A DNA stretch of 35,033 nucleotides from the NCBI GenBank assembly GCA_030626915.1, contig DAOUTC010000001.1, positions 1-35,033 on the forward strand, in the 5' to 3' direction. Below, in pieces: positions 7,383 to 16,422 of the stretch; position 1 is the stretch's first letter; every line of letters starts with the position of its first letter. Below the pieces are notes generated by a model. It ran no database searches and was not told the DNA's origin. It worked only from the letters and a program-made list of their open reading frames with translations. This DNA is from Dehalococcoidia bacterium. GTDB taxonomy: Bacteria; Chloroflexota; Dehalococcoidia; GIF9; AB-539-J10. Made by a program: the position numbers and the translations under genes.

Positions 7383-8600
7383 TTAACCACGAAATAGCTT
7401 CCTAAATAAACTAATAAAACTGCCCAAAATGCCGCCTCTTTTTACTTGCCAAGCTGACTTCTCTCTGTTTCTCGCTTGCCATAGAATCAACCCGGTAGTA
7501 GTGGCATAAGCTGAGTCATGAAGGACATCTGTGATGCCATAAATGCCTGAATCTGAAGGTTGCCCTTTGCGTACCGGAAGTCGCAACACTGACCTCCCTA
7601 GCTCATCAAGTCCGATCAAGTTGGCTGTGCCACCTGTAAGGACTAAGCCACAGGGGGCCAGAGTTTGATAATCAGTAGTGGGCAATTCCAGAAGTATAAG
7701 TTCAAAGAGCTCCTCCATTCGAGAGCGGATGATCTCACACAGGTCACGATAAGAAGCGCTATGACCGTTCTCTATGCCCACCTCAGGTGTCTTATTGGCA
7801 TCTAACCCCGGTGTTACATTTCCATATCTCTTTTTCATTTTTTCCGCTATATTGAAAGGCAAACCTAAGCCGATAGCGATATCACTGGTCGCTTGGTAGC
7901 CAGCCACTGGAATAATTGCGGTATGGTAGATATTGCCATCTTTGAACACAGCTATATCTGTGGTGCCACCGCCAACGTCAGCCATGATAACGCCAGTATC
8001 TCTTTCCTGCCGGGTTAATACGGCCTCGCCGGCGGCCAGGGGCTCTAGAATCAAATCTTCAACCTCAACGCCTACGCTGCGAACACACTTGACTAGATTT
8101 TGCACTGAAGACACTGACGCAGTGACAATGTGAGTCTCCACATCTAATCTGGTGCCGTGCATGCCCACTGGTTGTTTCACTCTTTCTTCGCCATTTAAGG
8201 TATAATAGCGAGGGATAGCATGAAGCATTTTCTTCCCCTCGGGAACAGAGATACTACGAGCCGCAGACAATACTCTTTTAAGATCTTTAGAGCGAACTAA
8301 TCGGTCATCACGCGGTATAGACACCACACCTCGATTATTAAGGCTGCTTATATGCCTGCCGGTAACCCCTACATTGACAGAGTCTATCCTCGTACCGCTA
8401 ATCCTCTGGGCTTCCTTTACTGACTCAGCAATGGACGCCTTAGCCTCATCCATATTGACTACAATGCCTTTGTGCAGGCCATGACTAGGGACGACTCCTA
8501 CTCCCAAAACTTCGATGTCGTCTTGCGCTCTTACATTAGCTACAATGGTGGCTATCTTAGTTGTGCCCACATCGATAGCGGAAACAATTTTCTTTGCCAT
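7383..8600 (-). CDS. ftsA: Cell division protein FtsA
   Basis: Actin/HSP70-fold motifs (IDVGTTK, DVGGGTTD). The ATG at 8600 sits 5 nt after GGAGG, and the track's GTG at 8606 lies within that ribosome-binding site. Confidence 0.93.
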   Translation of the reverse strand: MAKKIVSAIDVGTTKIATIVANVRAQDDIEVLGVGVVPSHGLHKGIVVNMDEAKASIAESVKEAQRISGTRIDSVNVGVTGRHISSLNNRGVVSIPRDDRLVRSKDLKRVLSAARSISVPEGKKMLHAIPRYYTLNGEERVKQPVGMHGTRLDVETHIVTASVSSVQNLVKCVRSVGVEVEDLILEPLAAGEAVLTRQERDTGVIMADVGGGTTDIAVFKDGNIYHTAIIPVAGYQATSDIAIGLGLPFNIAEKMKKRYGNVTPGLDANKTPEVGIENGHSASYRDLCEIIRSRMEELFELILLELPTTDYQTLAPCGLVLTGGTANLIGLDELGRSVLRLPVRKGQPSDSGIYGITDVLHDSAYATTTGLILWQARNREKSAWQVKRGGILGSFISLFRKLFRG

Positions 8601-8629
8601 GTTCACCTCCTTTGTATAGATATTCTTGT

Positions 8630-9568
8630 TTACTTCAAGCGTTCGGCTATTCTCATTTTAGCACTGCGGCTGCGTGGATTGGATTCTATCTCCAATGAAG
8701 TAGGCCTAATGACCTTTCTTGATATAAGCTTTAAGGTGGGCACATGCCCACAGCGACATACTACTGTTCCCGGTGGACATAGGCAGCTACTAGCTTCACG
8801 TCGCATAAATTCCTTAACTATGCGGTCTTCCAAGGAGTGATAGCTGATAACCACCAATCTGCCTCGAAAACGAAGGAGGTTAATACTTTGTTCCAGAGCC
8901 ACTTTTAGATTCTCCAACTCTCTATTAACAGCGATGCGAAACGCCATAAAAGTCCTGGTGGCTGGGTGAATCTTGGCATGCTTACGGCCAAGGACTTGTT
9001 CCACCACCCGAGCGAGTTGTACAGTAGATGTAATAGGGCGGCTCTGTACAATGTGCTGGGCTATTCGCCGACTGTGACGCTCTTCCCCATATTCCTTGAT
9101 GATATGAACTAACTCTTGCTCGGAAAAAGTGTTAACTATATCAGCTGCGGTTAGTCCTTGTCTGGGATCAAACCTCATATCGAGAGGAGCCTCGCGCTGA
9201 AAGCTAAAGCCACGCTGGGCTGTGTCCAGTTGCATAGAAGAGATGCCTAGGTCAAAAAGAATGCCATCAACCGGATAGAATTTGTATTTGCTGCAGATAG
9301 CTTCAAGGTTGGCGAAGTTGTCATTAACCAGGGTAACTACTTCACTATAATCGCTAAATCTGACTTCAGCTACTCTAATAGCCTCGGAATCAGCATCAAT
9401 GCCTAAGAGCTTGCCTTGAGGTAAAATCCTTTCCAAAATGGCACTGGCATGTCCACCCAAACCTACAGTGCAATCAATAAAATACCCCCCCGGTTGAGCT
9501 TGTAATCCCTCTACAGCCTCCTTAAGCAAAACAGGTACATGAGTTGGTAAAGGCGTAGTCACATTCAT
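8630..9568 (-). CDS. rsmH: 16S rRNA (cytosine1402-N4)-methyltransferase RsmH/MraW
   Basis: 312 aa. HVPVLL start motif, SAM-binding DCTVGLGGH, FDLGISSMQLD. Confidence 0.95.
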   Translation of the reverse strand: MNVTTPLPTHVPVLLKEAVEGLQAQPGGYFIDCTVGLGGHASAILERILPQGKLLGIDADSEAIRVAEVRFSDYSEVVTLVNDNFANLEAICSKYKFYPVDGILFDLGISSMQLDTAQRGFSFQREAPLDMRFDPRQGLTAADIVNTFSEQELVHIIKEYGEERHSRRIAQHIVQSRPITSTVQLARVVEQVLGRKHAKIHPATRTFMAFRIAVNRELENLKVALEQSINLLRFRGRLVVISYHSLEDRIVKEFMRREASSCLCPPGTVVCRCGHVPTLKLISRKVIRPTSLEIESNPRSRSAKMRIAERLK

Positions 9569-9571
9569 TAG

Positions 9572-9994
9572 CTATGCTCCAAGGCTCTCCATAATTTGGG
9601 ATGCTTGTTCTTCAGCCGTAGCTTTCTCTGTCTTCCACAGTTGCTCATTCCAAAGTTCAACATAATTATTGGCGCCCACCACAACTACAGTATCGCCAAT
9701 CTCAGCATAACTGCGCAGGGGTGAAAACAACGTTATCCTGCCCTGCCTATCAAAGGAGGTCCTGAAAGCAGAACCGAAGATAGTGCGATTCAGTTTTCTT
9801 AAATTAGCCGGGGTTACTGCCTTAGCAGCCAAGGTGTCAGCCAACCTTTTCCACTCAGCCAAAGGGTAAACAATAATGCATTTTTCTGTTCCTCTAGCTA
9901 ATATCACAGCCTCCTTCATTTCTCGCCTGAATTTTGGCGGCAGAGGTACCCTCCCTTTTTCGTCCACCTTATATTGATATTCACCAAAAAACAT
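9572..9994 (-). CDS. mraZ: Transcriptional regulator MraZ
   Basis: The family N-terminus MFFGEY..D.KGR begins at the ATG at 9994. The track's GTG at 10027 would translate the GTGGG operator repeats. Confidence 0.9.
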   Translation of the reverse strand: MFFGEYQYKVDEKGRVPLPPKFRREMKEAVILARGTEKCIIVYPLAEWKRLADTLAAKAVTPANLRKLNRTIFGSAFRTSFDRQGRITLFSPLRSYAEIGDTVVVVGANNYVELWNEQLWKTEKATAEEQASQIMESLGA

Positions 9995-10000
9995 TTTTTC

Positions 10001-10037
10001 CCCACAAAATCCACCCTTTTCCCCCACTTTCCCCCAC
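10001..10037 (-). promoter_or_regulatory. MraZ-operator-like direct repeats (GTGGG with ~10-bp period)
   Basis: The minus strand reads AGTGGGGGAAAGTGGGGGAAAAGGGTGGATTTTGTGGGG. That is four GTGG(G) units spaced 10-11 bp, between the predicted -10 and the mraZ ATG. Confidence 0.55.
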
Positions 10038-10041
10038 TCTT

Positions 10042-10072
10042 ATTATAAACATTTACCCTTATATTTTGTCAA
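10042..10072 (-). promoter_or_regulatory. Putative mraZ/dcw promoter
   Basis: Minus-strand TTGACA (10067-10072), 19-nt spacer, TATAAT (10042-10047). The spacer is longer than optimal. Confidence 0.4.
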
Positions 10073-10122
10073 GTCCCCCAATTAAATCATTTAATATGGA
10101 AGCGAAGGATTAATTCGGTTAT

Positions 10123-10152
10123 TTGACAAATTTTATTTTTTTATGTTAAATT
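10123..10152 (+). promoter_or_regulatory. Putative rpsL (str operon) promoter with extended -10
   Basis: TTGACA (10123-10128), 18-nt spacer, TGt-TAAATT (10144-10152). Leaves a ~140-nt leader before rpsL. Confidence 0.5.
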
Positions 10153-10297
10153 AAGAATTTGGCATCTACTAAGAAATAAAAGGATTACAGAGCTAATAAA
10201 GCCGGCTAGTTGAGGCCGGGCCTGGTTCTTAAAGGAAGTAGAGCGGCATGTAGCTAGACGGCTTTTTTATTGTCTGAAAATATGAGGATTTGCAGAA

Positions 10298-10714
10298 ATG
10301 CCAACAGTTAATCAACTTGTTCGCATGGAGCGGCGGAAGCTTGCCAAGCGAACTAAAGCTCCTGCATTGCATTTTGCTTATAATGCTATGAAGGGCGAGA
10401 GGAGGTGGACTAAGGGGTCGCCTCAGAAACGGGGCGTTTGCATCCAGGTTAAGACTGTTACACCTAAAAAACCGAACTCGGCACTGCGCAAAGTCGCTCG
10501 TGTAAGGTTAACTAATGGCATAGAAGTGAATGCCTACATTCCTGGTGAAGGGCATAATTTACAGGAGCACTCGGTGGTTTTGATTTGCGGTGGCAGGGTT
10601 AAGGATGTTCCTGGAATTCGTTATCATATTATTCGTGGTACATTGGATACTGAAGGAGTAGCTGATCGTAAGCGAGGTCGTAGTAGATATGGTGCTAAGC
10701 AACCCCAAAAGTAG
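10298..10714 (+). CDS. rpsL: 30S ribosomal protein S12
   Basis: MPTVNQL... and [10 protein letters not shown] motifs. Confidence 0.98.
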   Translation: MPTVNQLVRMERRKLAKRTKAPALHFAYNAMKGERRWTKGSPQKRGVCIQVKTVTPKKPNSALRKVARVRLTNGIEVNAYIPGEGHNLQEHSVVLICGGRVKDVPGIRYHIIRGTLDTEGVADRKRGRSRYGAKQPQK

Positions 10715-10726
10715 TGAGGGTGTTAA

Positions 10727-11200
10727 ATGCCAAGAAGAACTAAGAGAGTAGTAAAAAGGACAGTATCTCCTGATGCTAAATATGGCAGCCTTACGGTAGC
10801 TAAATTTATTGTTAAGGTTATGTTGCGAGGACAAAAAGCTACAGCTGAGCGAATTGCCTACGATGCCATGCAGCTTGCTAGCCAGCGACTCGATGGTGAC
10901 CCTGTAGAAGTTTTAGAACACGCGATTGGAAATGCCACGCCGCTGCTCATGGTTAAGCCACGCCGTGTTGGAGGTGCTACTTATCAAGTTCCTGTAGAGG
11001 TGGAAAAAGGTCGTGGACGCTCTCTGGCTATGCGTTGGCTCATTGCCTCAGCGCGAGCACGCAGTGGAAAATCTATGGTGGAGAAGGTAGCAGCTGAGTT
11101 AATCGATGCTGTTCAGGGCCAAGGGGCAGCAATTAAGAGACGTGATAATGTTCATAGGATGGCTGAGGCCAACAGAGCCTTCGTTCATTATCGCTGGTGA
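10727..11200 (+). CDS. rpsG: 30S ribosomal protein S7
   Basis: 157 aa with a typical S7 sequence (MPRR...HYRW). Confidence 0.98.
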   Translation: MPRRTKRVVKRTVSPDAKYGSLTVAKFIVKVMLRGQKATAERIAYDAMQLASQRLDGDPVEVLEHAIGNATPLLMVKPRRVGGATYQVPVEVEKGRGRSLAMRWLIASARARSGKSMVEKVAAELIDAVQGQGAAIKRRDNVHRMAEANRAFVHYRW

Positions 11201-11242
11201 GAGATGGTAGTGAAAACAGTACTTGAGGTAAAGGATAGGCTT

Positions 11243-13321
11243 ATGTCACGAACTTTTCCCTTAGAAAAGATACGAAATATAGGAATTATTGCTCACATAG
11301 ATGCTGGTAAAACCACCACTACTGAGAGAATCCTTTATCACACAGGCCGTACTTATAAGATCGGCGAGGTAGATGAAGGAACTGCAGTAATGGACTGGAT
11401 GCAGCAGGAACGGGAGCGTGGCATTACCATCACAGCGGCAGCTACCACTTGTCACTGGCGCCAGCATCGTATCAATATTATTGATACCCCTGGGCATGTG
11501 GATTTTGCTGCTGAGGTGGAACGTAGTCTTCGTGTATTGGATGGTGGTGTTGTAATTCTTGATGCTGTGGCTGGGGTAGAAGCTCAATCAGAGGCTGTGT
11601 GGCGCCAAGCAGATAAATACAATGTGGCTAGGATTTGTTTTATTAATAAGATGGATAGGGTTGGTGCTAATTTTTATGGCACAGTGGCTATGATTAAGGA
11701 ACGATTGCAAGCCAAGGTTTTGCCTATACAGCTTCCCTCGGGTGCTGAGAGTTCTTTCCAAGGGGCTATTGACCTCTTGGAGAATAAGGTAATTACTTTC
11801 GCTGATGATCCCCGTCTAATGCCAATGGAAGGAGCTATACCAGAAAACGATAAAGCTATAGTGGCTAATTATCACCAAGCGCTCATTGAGAAATTAGCCG
11901 AGAACGATGACCAAATCATGCTTAAGTATCTCGAGGGTCAGGAAATTCCTGTTTCCCAAGTCAAAGCAGCCATAAGAAGGCTGACCATAGCTAACTGTGT
12001 AGTGCCTATTTTTTGCGGCAGTGCTTTAAGGGGTAAAGGGATTAGGCCATTGCTCGATGCTATTGTAGCCTATCTTCCTTCACCTTTAGATATCCCTCCC
12101 GTTCATGCTATCAATCCCCAAAACGGGGGGGAAATCTTTTGTCAAGCAAGCGACGAAGATCCCCTCTCAGCTTTAGCCTTTAAGGTTGTTTCTGATCCGT
12201 TTATGGGCAGGTTAACCTATCTGCGTATATATTCAGGCAAGGTAAAGGCCAGGGCGCAGGTCCTTAATGCCACTAGGGGAGAGAAGGAGCATTTGGGAAG
12301 GTTGTATATTATGCATGCTAATCATCGTGAGGAAATTGATGAAGCTGATACAGGCAGCATTGTAGCCACTGTGGGGCTTAAGAAGACATCCACAGGGGAT
12401 TCCCTTTGCGATGTTGCTCGCCCTGTGCTTTTTGAGTCTATGGGTTTTCCCGAGCCGGTACTTTCAATGGCCATCGAGCCCAAAAGTAAAGTTGATCAGG
12501 ATAAGTTAGATGGTGTTCTAGCCAAGCTTGCTGAAGAGGATCCTACCTTTAAGGCTCACAGTGATCCAGAAACAGGTCAGGTGCTAATTTCAGGAATGGG
12601 TGAATTGCACATTGAAGTATTGGTGGAGCGTATATCTTGTGAGTTCGGTGTGAAGGTAAAAGTTGGTAAGCCTCAAGTAGCTTATAAAGAGACTATCACT
12701 GTACCTGTAGAAGCCGAGGGAAGATTTATTCGCCAATCTGGTGGCAAAGGGCAGTATGGTCATGTTTGGCTTAGGCTCGAGCCCGGTGAGCGAAATAGTG
12801 GTTTCGAGTTTTGTGACCAAATTCGAAGTGGAGCCATACCTAAAGAATTTATCCCAGCAGTGGGAATCGGGGTTAAGGAAGCTTTGCAAAGCGGTGGATT
12901 AGCTGGTTATCCTATAGTGGACATCAAAGTGATTTTATATGATGGCAGTTTCCACGAGGTTGATTCCTCAGAACTGGCCTTTAAAATAGCGGGCTCTATG
13001 GCTGTAAAGAATGGTGTAAGCAAAGCCAAACCTATTCTTCTGGAACCAATTATGAAGATGAAGATATTGACTCCAGCTCAATTCTTGGGAGACATTATTG
13101 GTGATTTGAATTCCCGAGGGGCTCGCATCGATGGGATTGAACCTTTTAAGGATTCCTGCTTTATTCGTTGTTTTGTTCCTTTGGCGAGAACTTTTGGCTT
13201 TGTTAGTGACTTGAGATCACTCAGTCAAGGAAGAGCGACTCATACTATGGAGTTTTATCGCTATGAAGAGATGCCACCTAATTTAAGCAAGCAAATTGTG
13301 GCTAGTGCCAGGATAAGATAA
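11243..13321 (+). CDS. fusA: Elongation factor G
   Basis: [17 protein letters not shown] and NKMD GTPase motifs. The ATG at 11243 has AGGA 7 nt upstream and gives the usual ~10 aa before RNIGI. The track's start at 11204 is an alternative. Confidence 0.95.
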   Translation: MSRTFPLEKIRNIGIIAHIDAGKTTTTERILYHTGRTYKIGEVDEGTAVMDWMQQERERGITITAAATTCHWRQHRINIIDTPGHVDFAAEVERSLRVLDGGVVILDAVAGVEAQSEAVWRQADKYNVARICFINKMDRVGANFYGTVAMIKERLQAKVLPIQLPSGAESSFQGAIDLLENKVITFADDPRLMPMEGAIPENDKAIVANYHQALIEKLAENDDQIMLKYLEGQEIPVSQVKAAIRRLTIANCVVPIFCGSALRGKGIRPLLDAIVAYLPSPLDIPPVHAINPQNGGEIFCQASDEDPLSALAFKVVSDPFMGRLTYLRIYSGKVKARAQVLNATRGEKEHLGRLYIMHANHREEIDEADTGSIVATVGLKKTSTGDSLCDVARPVLFESMGFPEPVLSMAIEPKSKVDQDKLDGVLAKLAEEDPTFKAHSDPETGQVLISGMGELHIEVLVERISCEFGVKVKVGKPQVAYKETITVPVEAEGRFIRQSGGKGQYGHVWLRLEPGERNSGFEFCDQIRSGAIPKEFIPAVGIGVKEALQSGGLAGYPIVDIKVILYDGSFHEVDSSELAFKIAGSMAVKNGVSKAKPILLEPIMKMKILTPAQFLGDIIGDLNSRGARIDGIEPFKDSCFIRCFVPLARTFGFVSDLRSLSQGRATHTMEFYRYEEMPPNLSKQIVASARIR

Positions 13322-13322
13322 A

Positions 13323-13631
13323 ATGAGTAGCCAAAAGGTTCGCGTCAAAATCAAAGGTTTTGATCACAGGTTAGTTGATCAATCGACAAGGCAAATAGTC
13401 GAGGCAGTGGAGCGTACTGGAGCCATAGTCGTTGGCCCAGTACCCTTGCCTACACGTATAGAGAAATTTTGCGTCATCCGCTCTCCAAATATTGATAAGG
13501 ATTCGAGAGAGCAATTTGAAATTCGTACTCACAAGCGACTCATTGATATTTTACAACCAACTTCTAAAACTATAGACGCTTTGACCCAAATTAATCTGGC
13601 TTCTGGAGTGGAAATAGATATTAAGTTATAG
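13323..13631 (+). CDS. rpsJ: 30S ribosomal protein S10
   Basis: 102 aa. S10 family. Starts 1 nt after the fusA stop. Confidence 0.97.
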   Translation: MSSQKVRVKIKGFDHRLVDQSTRQIVEAVERTGAIVVGPVPLPTRIEKFCVIRSPNIDKDSREQFEIRTHKRLIDILQPTSKTIDALTQINLASGVEIDIKL

Positions 13632-13638
13632 TGAAGCT

Positions 13639-14256
13639 ATGTTTCCAGGTATTATTGGCAAGAAAATAGGCATGACCCGAGTTTTCCTAGAAGAGGGAGA
13701 GATGATAGCGGTAACCGCCATCAAAGCTGGTTCTTGTTTTGTTACCCAGGTAAAAAACCAGACTAAAGACGGTTATAGCGCTGTCCAGCTGGGTTTTGGA
13801 CAAGCTAAGCATCTCAACGCCCCACAAAGAGGACATCTTAAAGGCATAGACGAAGTTGGGTATCTCCGCGAATTCAGAACTAAGGATGTAAGCTCAGTTA
13901 AGCGTGGTGATAAAGTGGATGTTAGTTTTTTAAACCTAGGTGACTTCGTAAATGTAAGTGGCTTGTCCAAGGGCAAGGGTTTTGCTGGTGTAGTGAAACG
14001 CCACCATTTTGCTGGCGGGCCAAAAACTCATGGGCAATCTGATCGTCATCGTGCTCCTGGTTCGATTGGCGCTACTACATCTCCTGGCCGGGTGCTTAAG
14101 GGGATGCGTATGGCAGGACATATGGGGAGCAAGAGGATTACTGTGCGTAACCTCAGAGTGATTGGGATTGATGCAAGTCGTAACCTGCTTCTGGTCAAAG
14201 GGGCGGTGCCTGGGGCCAGGAAAGGGTTGCTGATTATTGAAAAGGTGAGGAAGTAG
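13639..14256 (+). CDS. rplC: 50S ribosomal protein L3
   Basis: GIIGKKIGMTRVF N-terminus. Confidence 0.97.
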   Translation: MFPGIIGKKIGMTRVFLEEGEMIAVTAIKAGSCFVTQVKNQTKDGYSAVQLGFGQAKHLNAPQRGHLKGIDEVGYLREFRTKDVSSVKRGDKVDVSFLNLGDFVNVSGLSKGKGFAGVVKRHHFAGGPKTHGQSDRHRAPGSIGATTSPGRVLKGMRMAGHMGSKRITVRNLRVIGIDASRNLLLVKGAVPGARKGLLIIEKVRK

Positions 14257-14260
14257 AAAA

Positions 14261-14908
14261 ATGCTGGTTACTGTTTATAGTTTAACAGGTGAGGTTATTG
14301 ACCAAGTGGAGGTTAGCGAAGATATTTTTGGCGTCCCCTTTAATGAAGCTGTGGTTCATCAGGCAATGGTGAGGCAGCTAGCTAATAGGCGTCAAGGAAC
14401 TGCATCAACGAAGACAAGAGGTGAGGTTAGTGGTAGCACGAGGAAACTTTATTCCCAGAAGCATACTGGCAGGGCAAGGAGAGGCGATATAAAATCACCT
14501 CTTCTTAGAGGGGGTGGAGTAGTTTTTGGGCCTAAACCACGGTCATATCGTCAATCTATGCCTAAGAAGATGAGGCGTTTGGCTTTGAAGTGTGTTCTTT
14601 CCTCTAAAGTTAGGGAGGGGAACCTGAAGGCAATAGAAGAGCTCATTTTTGAGAGGCCGAGGACAAAGGATATGATTGATATTCTATCAGCACTTGATGT
14701 TGATTCTACCGCTTTGATTGTTACCGAGCATTCCAATCCTAGTATAGTTAAGTCAGCTCGCAATTTAGCTAATATTAAAGTCCTGCCTTCAACTCTAATT
14801 AATGTACTGGACTTACTTTCTTACAAAGTGCTAATCATCTCTGTTCCTGCTCTATATAATATAGAAAGAATCTGGGGACAAGGAGTAATTAGAAGTGCAT
14901 CTTTATGA
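14261..14908 (+). CDS. rplD: 50S ribosomal protein L4
   Basis: 215 aa. L4 family and conserved operon position. Confidence 0.95.
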   Translation: MLVTVYSLTGEVIDQVEVSEDIFGVPFNEAVVHQAMVRQLANRRQGTASTKTRGEVSGSTRKLYSQKHTGRARRGDIKSPLLRGGGVVFGPKPRSYRQSMPKKMRRLALKCVLSSKVREGNLKAIEELIFERPRTKDMIDILSALDVDSTALIVTEHSNPSIVKSARNLANIKVLPSTLINVLDLLSYKVLIISVPALYNIERIWGQGVIRSASL

Positions 14909-15179
14909 GGTGTTGCGGCGCCCTGTAATTACAGAGAAGGCTACCTTACTTAAAGAAGGCGATAAATATGCCTTTGAGGTGGCTAAGGAAGCTAGTAAGC
15001 CTCAGATTAAGGAAGCAGTGGAGAAAATTTTTAAAGTGAAGGTGGTCAAGGTTAACGTAATAACTGTCCCAGGAAAGACGAAACGAATGGGTAGACGAGA
15101 GGTAACAAGTTCATCCTGGAAGAAGGCCATAGTTAGCTTGGAACCGGGGCATAAAATCACCTTCTTTGAGGGTGTTTAA
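14895..15179 (+). CDS. rplW: 50S ribosomal protein L23
   Basis: GTG start. PVITEKA motif. Overlaps rplD by 14 nt. Confidence 0.95.
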   Translation: MHLYEVLRRPVITEKATLLKEGDKYAFEVAKEASKPQIKEAVEKIFKVKVVKVNVITVPGKTKRMGRREVTSSSWKKAIVSLEPGHKITFFEGV

Positions 15180-15204
15180 TTTATTATCTCTTAGAGGTGT
15201 AGTT

Positions 15205-15297
15205 TTGGGTTCAGTTATTAAGTGGAGAAAGAAAAAGATGTCGAAGCACCAGCATAGAAAGCTTCTTAAGAAGACTCGTTGGCAAAGGAAGCATTGA
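15205..15297 (+). CDS. bS22-like (AURKAIP1/COX24-domain) small basic ribosomal protein, 30 aa
   Basis: TTG start 5 nt after AGAGGTG. It translates as [30 protein letters not shown]. About two-thirds of residues match the mycobacterial bS22 sequence as I remember it ([33 protein letters not shown]). It fills the otherwise unexplained rplW-rplB gap. Confidence 0.8.
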   Translation: MGSVIKWRKKKMSKHQHRKLLKKTRWQRKH

Positions 15298-15302
15298 TAA
15301 CA

Positions 15303-16127
15303 ATGACATTAAAGACTTATAAGCCGACTTCTCCGGGTAGGAGAGGCAAGGTGGGGGCGAGTTTTGAGGAGCTAAGCAAAGTGGCTCCTGAAAAAAACTT
15401 GCTTACCCCATTGAAAAGGAAGGCAGGGCGTAATAACCGCGGTGTAATAACAGTACGCCATCGAGGTGGAGGAAGTAAGCGCAAACTTCGTATTATCGAT
15501 TTTAGCAGGGATAAGATTGGCATCCCTGGGAAGGTAGCCTCTATTGAATATGATCCTAACCGGTCAGCTCGGATTGCCTTAATTCACTATGTTGATGGGG
15601 AAAAACGTTATATTCTTGCCCCTTTGGGTCTTGAAATAGGTGATGCCATAAAAGCTGGTGACGAGGTTGAGATAAAACCTGGGAATGCCCTGCCACTGGG
15701 TTCAATCCCTGTGGGCACTTTAGTTCACAATATTGAGCTTGAGCCCGGCAAGGGTGGGCAGATTGTTCGTAGTGCTGGCAATGCTGCCCAAGTTATGAGC
15801 AGGGAAAGTAAGTATGTCTTGATCCGCTTACCATCAGGCGAATTACGCAAATTTCACCATAGATGCTGGGCTACCATTGGTCAGATAGGTAATGTTAACC
15901 ACGAAAATATAAAATTTGGCAAAGCTGGGTGCAAAAGATGGTTAGGCATACGTCCTTCCGTTCGAGGGTCTGCCATGACTCCCCGAGATCATCCTCACGG
16001 GGGTGGTGAAGGCAGAGCTCCAATAGGGTTGAAGCATCCTAAAACGCCTTGGGGGAAGCCGGCCTTGGGCTATAAGACACGACGTTGTAAGGTATCAGAT
16101 AAAATGATTGTTAAGCGGAGGAAATAA
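15303..16127 (+). CDS. rplB: 50S ribosomal protein L2
   Basis: The family N-terminus [12 protein letters not shown] begins at the ATG at 15303. The track's TTG at 15279 overlaps the small ORF. Confidence 0.96.
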   Translation: MTLKTYKPTSPGRRGKVGASFEELSKVAPEKNLLTPLKRKAGRNNRGVITVRHRGGGSKRKLRIIDFSRDKIGIPGKVASIEYDPNRSARIALIHYVDGEKRYILAPLGLEIGDAIKAGDEVEIKPGNALPLGSIPVGTLVHNIELEPGKGGQIVRSAGNAAQVMSRESKYVLIRLPSGELRKFHHRCWATIGQIGNVNHENIKFGKAGCKRWLGIRPSVRGSAMTPRDHPHGGGEGRAPIGLKHPKTPWGKPALGYKTRRCKVSDKMIVKRRK

Positions 16128-16128
16128 A

Positions 16129-16416
16129 ATGTCACGGTCGCGTAAGAAGGGTCCTTATTGTGATGCTAAGTTGCTTAAGAGGATAGAGGCACTCAATAAT
16201 TCAGGGGGGAAGACGGTGATAAAGACTTGGTCTCGTGCCTCTACTATTTTGCCACAAATGATAGGGCATACTATCGCTGTGCACAATGGCAGGAAGCATG
16301 TCCCCATTTTCATCACTGAAAATATGGTGGGGCATAAATTGGCCGAATTTGTGTCTACTCGAACGTTTAGAGGGCATGTTACTAAAGCTAAGATAACTGC
16401 GCAGGCGAGGGGATGA
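16129..16416 (+). CDS. rpsS: 30S ribosomal protein S19
   Basis: [10 protein letters not shown] starts at the ATG at 16129, preceded by GGAGGA. Confidence 0.96.
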   Translation: MSRSRKKGPYCDAKLLKRIEALNNSGGKTVIKTWSRASTILPQMIGHTIAVHNGRKHVPIFITENMVGHKLAEFVSTRTFRGHVTKAKITAQARG

Positions 16417-16422
16417 GTCACA

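Noticed and set aside
13321-13323. Absence of tuf (after fusA) and of rpmD (between rpsE and rplO) read as gene loss.
   Set aside because: The window shows only that they are not at the canonical positions. tuf is essential and must lie elsewhere, and L30 is dispensable in several lineages. No loss can be concluded from this window.
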